32,000 nt of DNA, from NCBI RefSeq assembly GCF_900232105.1, contig NZ_LT934425.1:720001-752000 (forward strand). The letters run 5' to 3'. The position numbers and the translations under genes were made by a program. A model generated the notes under the pieces. It was not told the DNA's origin. It was given only the letters and a program-made list of their open reading frames with translations, and ran no database searches. This stretch comes from Candidatus Kuenenia stuttgartensis. Its GTDB lineage: Bacteria > Planctomycetota > Brocadiia > Brocadiales > Brocadiaceae. Below are positions 27,946 to 32,000 of the stretch, in pieces; the first letter of the stretch is position 1, and each line of letters begins with the position of its first letter.

Positions 27946-30900
27946 TATTTAATGAGGCTTTACTCCGCCTTACGGACGTAACTTCTTTCTAACGGGGTAA
28001 ACGATGTATTTTTCTTAACGTGAACAAAAAATCAAGTGAAATACTTACGCAGGATAAAAAAAAGGCGGGGTAGCTGGGTAAGATTTTTCAAATCATTTGC
28101 TGGGTATTAGACTCAAATATTCTGAGACTAATTGGGCATTTTTGGAGCATTTATTCTAAGACGTAGCACCTACAATCGTTACATCTTTGCATCCAAACCG
28201 CTCTAATACCTTCTTTACCTGTGATTCAAAGGTCTTCGGATCCTGGGTGTTGCCCCTAAATACTTCTGTTGATACCGGCTCCCCGGATTCATCACAAAGC
28301 ATACCGATCACTATCTGTTTTTTCCTCTTTTTGCCGTCACGATTATACCCGTACTCACCAAAATGATTCGACTTCCCCTCTAAATAACTGCTCGTCACGT
28401 CATACAAAAACAACTTCGGCTTATTGCCTCCTCGTCTTAACTCAAACAGCTTTCGCTCTATCTTTGCCTGATTCTCTGACAACCATGACAAATTATCGTA
28501 CAGATTGTTCTCGTCAAACCCACGCTTCATATCCAGGACGTCACCCGCAGCATGTATCTGCGCCAGCCTTACTGCAGACAGTCTTGACCCCCGGCCTATT
28601 ACCCTTGCCATTACTTGCCAAAGCGCCAGCTTTCCTTCAAAGTCCTTTCCCAATGCCTCTTCTATCCCTAATTCCTTTGCCACTTGGTACACGCTCCACG
28701 CTGCTCCCACAGACAAACCCTCATGGAGTTTCACCGATTCTGACAATGCGCCCAATGCACAGAGATCGTCTTTATGTGCGAGTGCAAGTCTTATCGCTTC
28801 AATCTCCAGGGGAGTGCAATTCGACAGATTCGCAATGGTGCGTTTCTTGACCTTCCCATCCTCACGGTACGATTCCCGCAGAAGGGTAGATCGATAGATT
28901 TTTTTACCGGATTTTGACTTGTTCTCTACAATATGCATGTCCACCATTGTACAGATAACAACCATTATCAGTCAAGTATATTGTCGGATAATAACAATAT
29001 ATTAGTGACTACATATTTATTAAAAATACAGCCTTAACCAACTATTTATTAAGCACTTATGCGTTTTGGCAGGGGTGAACATCCGTTATAATATTCCTGG
29101 GATCGGCAGCTTTCGCAGACCAAAGCGGTAAACAAAAAACATTACATCAGGAGATAGTTAAAAAAGCGCAAATGCTTACGGTACCCTTTATTCTTAATAA
29201 AGGACAAGTAGATGCAAGGGTAAAATTTTATGCCAACACCTTTGGCGCGACAATTTATGTGACAAGCGAAGGTGAAATAGTTTATTCATTGCCGCATATT
29301 TCAGACAGGCCAGGAACGAAAACGCAAAATATTACCGCGCAAACCGAACCCTGTTCCCAAGACTCCACAGTTGCAACTATGAGAAAGGCAGATAGTAAGA
29401 ACAACCTGGTTATGAAGAATATCGTGCTTACGGAGCATTTGGCCGGTGGAAAGACGGTTAATATAAAGGGAGAAAAAACTTCGGTTACGAAGGTTAACTA
29501 TTATAAGCATAAAGACCCTTCGCAGTGGCAACAAAATATCCCAACATACGAGTGTCTCTGTTTTGGCGAGGTTTTCAACGGAGTAGATTTAGTATTAAAG
29601 GCGTATGGCAACAATGTAGAAAAACTTTTCCACGTAAAACCAAATGCCAGCGCGGAAGGAATAAGAATAAAGATACACGGAGCGAGTTCGTTACATGTTA
29701 ATAAAACAGGACAACTGGAGGCAGAGACGCCGTTAGGAAATGTTACGTTCACCAGGCCGGAAGCATATCAGGAAATAAATGGGAAAAAGATCCTGGTGGC
29801 GGCAAGCTATCATTTGAAAGATGCCGGTATGGTTTATGGTTTTAAAGTGGATGAGTATGATAAAACGAAGGAGCTTGTTATCGACCCCCTTCTTGCTTCT
29901 ACCTATCTTGGCGGTTCAGATAACGATGAAGTGTGTTCTTTGGCAATTGACGGGGATGGGTATGTCTATATCGCCGGTAATACATTGCAGTCTGACTTTC
30001 CGACTACCGGTGGTTCATACAATACCGGCAGCGCAGGAAGTAATGTTTTCATTTCAAAAATAAATCCAACGTTAACTAGTCTTCTTGCTTCGACTTATTT
30101 GGGCGGATCTTCAGAGGATAAAGTACGGTCTTTGCTTTTAGACCCGGAAGGGAATGTTTACGTAACTGGAGAAACGAATTCGTCCGATTTCCCAACAACT
30201 GAAAATGCTTATGCAGGGTCGTTAAACGATTCATATGGAGATGTTTTTGTTTCCCGGCTTGACACCGATTTGACGAATCTTCTGGCTTCTACCTATTTAG
30301 GCGGGACTTTTGGCGATTATAGCCGAGATATAGCAATTGCTGCAGAGGGAAATATTTATGTAACGGGTGATACAAATTCTGCTGATTTTCCTGCTTCAGC
30401 GGGCGCTTATAAAACTTCATTGACCGGCAGCTCCAGAGATGTTTTTGTTTCAAAACTGAATAATGAACTAACCGGTCTTTTGGCCTCAACATTCATGGGA
30501 GGTTCTTCCGGTGATTATAGCAGCGCCCTTGTTATCGATTCCAAAGGAAACGTTTTTATCGCAGGCACTACCGGCTCATCAGATTTCCCTGCTTCTTCAG
30601 GCACGTATGATGCTGTCTTTAATGGTGGAGAACATGATGTTGATGGTTTCGTTTCAAAGTTTGATAAGGATCTGACGAGCCTTCTTGCTGCCACATACAT
30701 TGGGGGATATTTTAATGACTATATAAGCGATATGGCAAGCGATTCTGAAGGCAATATTTATGTAACGGGTGGCACCCTTTCTTCGAATTTTCCAATAACT
30801 ACAAAGGCATATGATACGACATACAATTTTGGCTCCGATGCCTTTGTATCGAAATTGAGCAATGATTTAAAAACACTTATTGCCTCAACCTTTTTGGGCA

Positions 30901-31662
30901 GTTCGGGCTATCCTTCAGAAGGGTACGACTATAATTACGGATATGAGCATGCGAATGCCATCGTTATTGTTTCGGACGGAAAAATTTACGTAACCGGCAG
31001 TACGTATTCTTCAGATTTCCCTACCACAATAGGGTCTTATAACGCCTCATTTAATGGTGGAGGTGCAGATGCGTTCATTTCCAGTTTTGACAACAATCTG
31101 GAAGATCTGCTGGATTCCACCTATCTTGGCGGTTCCTCTGGCTATGATTGCGGCAAGGCATTGGCAACAGGGCCGGAGGGAGATATTTATGTTGCCGGAT
31201 TTACGAATGCTTCAAATTTCCCGGTTACCAGTGGGGTTCTTTATGCAAATTATAGCGGTAAGATAGACACCTTTATTTCACAACTGGATAGTGATCTATC
31301 TGCATTTTTGGGGAAAATATCGGGAAGTTTGAGCGATGAGAATAAAAACCCCGTTGAATCTGCTAAGATAGCACTGAAGGGAAAAACTACAAAAATTAAA
31401 AGGAAAACCTTTTCTGATGAAAATGGACTTTTCGAGTTTGGCAATTTAAAGGCGGATACGTATAATATTACAGCTACAAAGAATAGCTACAGGAAATACA
31501 AAACAAAGGTTGATCTGGAAGAGGGAGAAAAGAAGGAAATTAAGGCAGAGATGAAGAAAACAAAGACCCGATGAACAGCAAAAAAGAATCTTTTCGCGGT
31601 GGCTTAATTAATTACGTTAAAGCGGTGTTCCGCGAGGGATTAAAAAAGAGGTGAAACATAAG

Positions 31663-31740
<78 letters not shown>

Positions 31741-32000
31741 TCATATTGAAAATATTCGTTTTTTCAGGTTAATTGTAGTTCACATTATACGTTACATCTG
31801 TATAAATACAAGCAAAAACAGAATAAAAACGTACCCATCATTGCCTACATGCCTTCGCTAGCACCTTATCATACTTACTTTACATTTTTTGACAAAATAT
31901 TTAAATGTATGATGCTTCTAAGATATTATTTTACAAGAAGATAGCGCATGCATTCCGGCGTTTTAAGTAATAATGGTTAATTATTGCCCGCCAAAAAGCA

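Larger units (their letters stand above)
24379..28168. mobile_element. Nested 3790-bp Mu/Tn7-like (D,D35E + AAA+ ATPase + CHC2-like zinc finger + Cys-rich protein) element
   Basis: Ends TGCTAAGCCCCACAATAAATG (24379-24399) and rc of 28148-28168 TGCTACGTCTTAGAATAAATG (16/21 identity). TG...CA termini and 6-bp TSD CCTACA (24373-24378; 28169-28174). Four minus-strand gene units. Confidence 0.93.
23487..28965 (-). pseudogene. IS1634-like transposase split by the nested element (N-part 28175-28965, C-part 23487-24372)
   Basis: N-part LFLYDVTSSYLEGKSNHFGEYGYNRDGKKRKKQIVIG...FGCKDVTIVG plus C-part (after TSD) DRGMIKTVQIESLPEGFHYITAITKPQI...; joining across one CCTACA restores the frame (DVTIVGDRGM). 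Confidence 0.93.
23437..29085. mobile_element. IS1634-like insertion sequence (about 1853 bp without nested insertion)
   Basis: Terminal inverted repeat CGGATGTTCACCCC at 23437 and its complement GGGGTGAACATCCG ending 29085; TSD TTATAA at 23431-23436 and 29086-29091. Removal restores the surrounding ORF. Confidence 0.92.
23385..31574 (+). pseudogene. Secreted SBBP-repeat (seven-repeat beta-propeller) protein gene, interrupted within the signal peptide (parts 23385-23436 and 29092-31574)
   Basis: SD AGGAGG at 23371, ATG 23385. MKRANINIKISVMFLF joins in frame across the 6-bp TSD to IIFLGSAAFADQSGKQKTLHQEIVKKAQMLTVPFILNKGQVD... (29172 ORF). Seven repeats of LLASTYLGG...G(N)VY(V)TG.T.SSDFP...FVSKL, then a C-terminal regulatory-like domain (ISGSLSDENKNPVESAKIALKG). 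Confidence 0.9.

Noticed and set aside
24379-28168. CRISPR-associated transposon (CAST)
   Set aside because: The element has a Mu/Tn7-like core but no Cas12k or Cascade ORF, no TniQ-like ORF, and no CRISPR-type direct-repeat array in or near it.

Overview
Accessory-rich bacterial window. Gene content and mobile-element load suggest an anammox-type planctomycete, but this is inference only. Housekeeping content: partial murD, lexA, a MOSC/mog pair, tRNA-Glu and tRNA-Lys, rpsB-tsf-pyrH-frr, glnA, a CBS-domain protein, a Tat-type metallophosphoesterase, a SemiSWEET, a TDT transporter, kdsD-kdsC, a very large LptC/OstA-like protein coupled to a GDPD-HEAT fusion, a cobA-hemD fusion and tRNA-Pro. 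The most interesting feature is a three-level nest at 23385-31574. A secreted seven-repeat beta-propeller (SBBP) gene is split inside its signal peptide by an IS1634-like element (23437-29085, TSD TTATAA). That element's transposase is in turn split by a 3790-bp element (24379-28168, ends TG...CA, imperfect TIRs, 6-bp TSD CCTACA). The inner element encodes a zinc-ribbon protein, a D,D35E Mu/Tn7-like transposase (carrying one frameshift and one amber codon), an ExeA/TnsC-like AAA+ ATPase and a small DnaG/CHC2-like zinc-finger protein. Removing either insertion plus one TSD copy restores the host reading frame in silico. Also present: an IS4-superfamily/IS701-like IS in the lexA-adjacent gene with a solo IS end upstream of lexA, inverted ISAs1-like remnants flanking the translation gene cluster, and several MITE-like or hairpin repeats.
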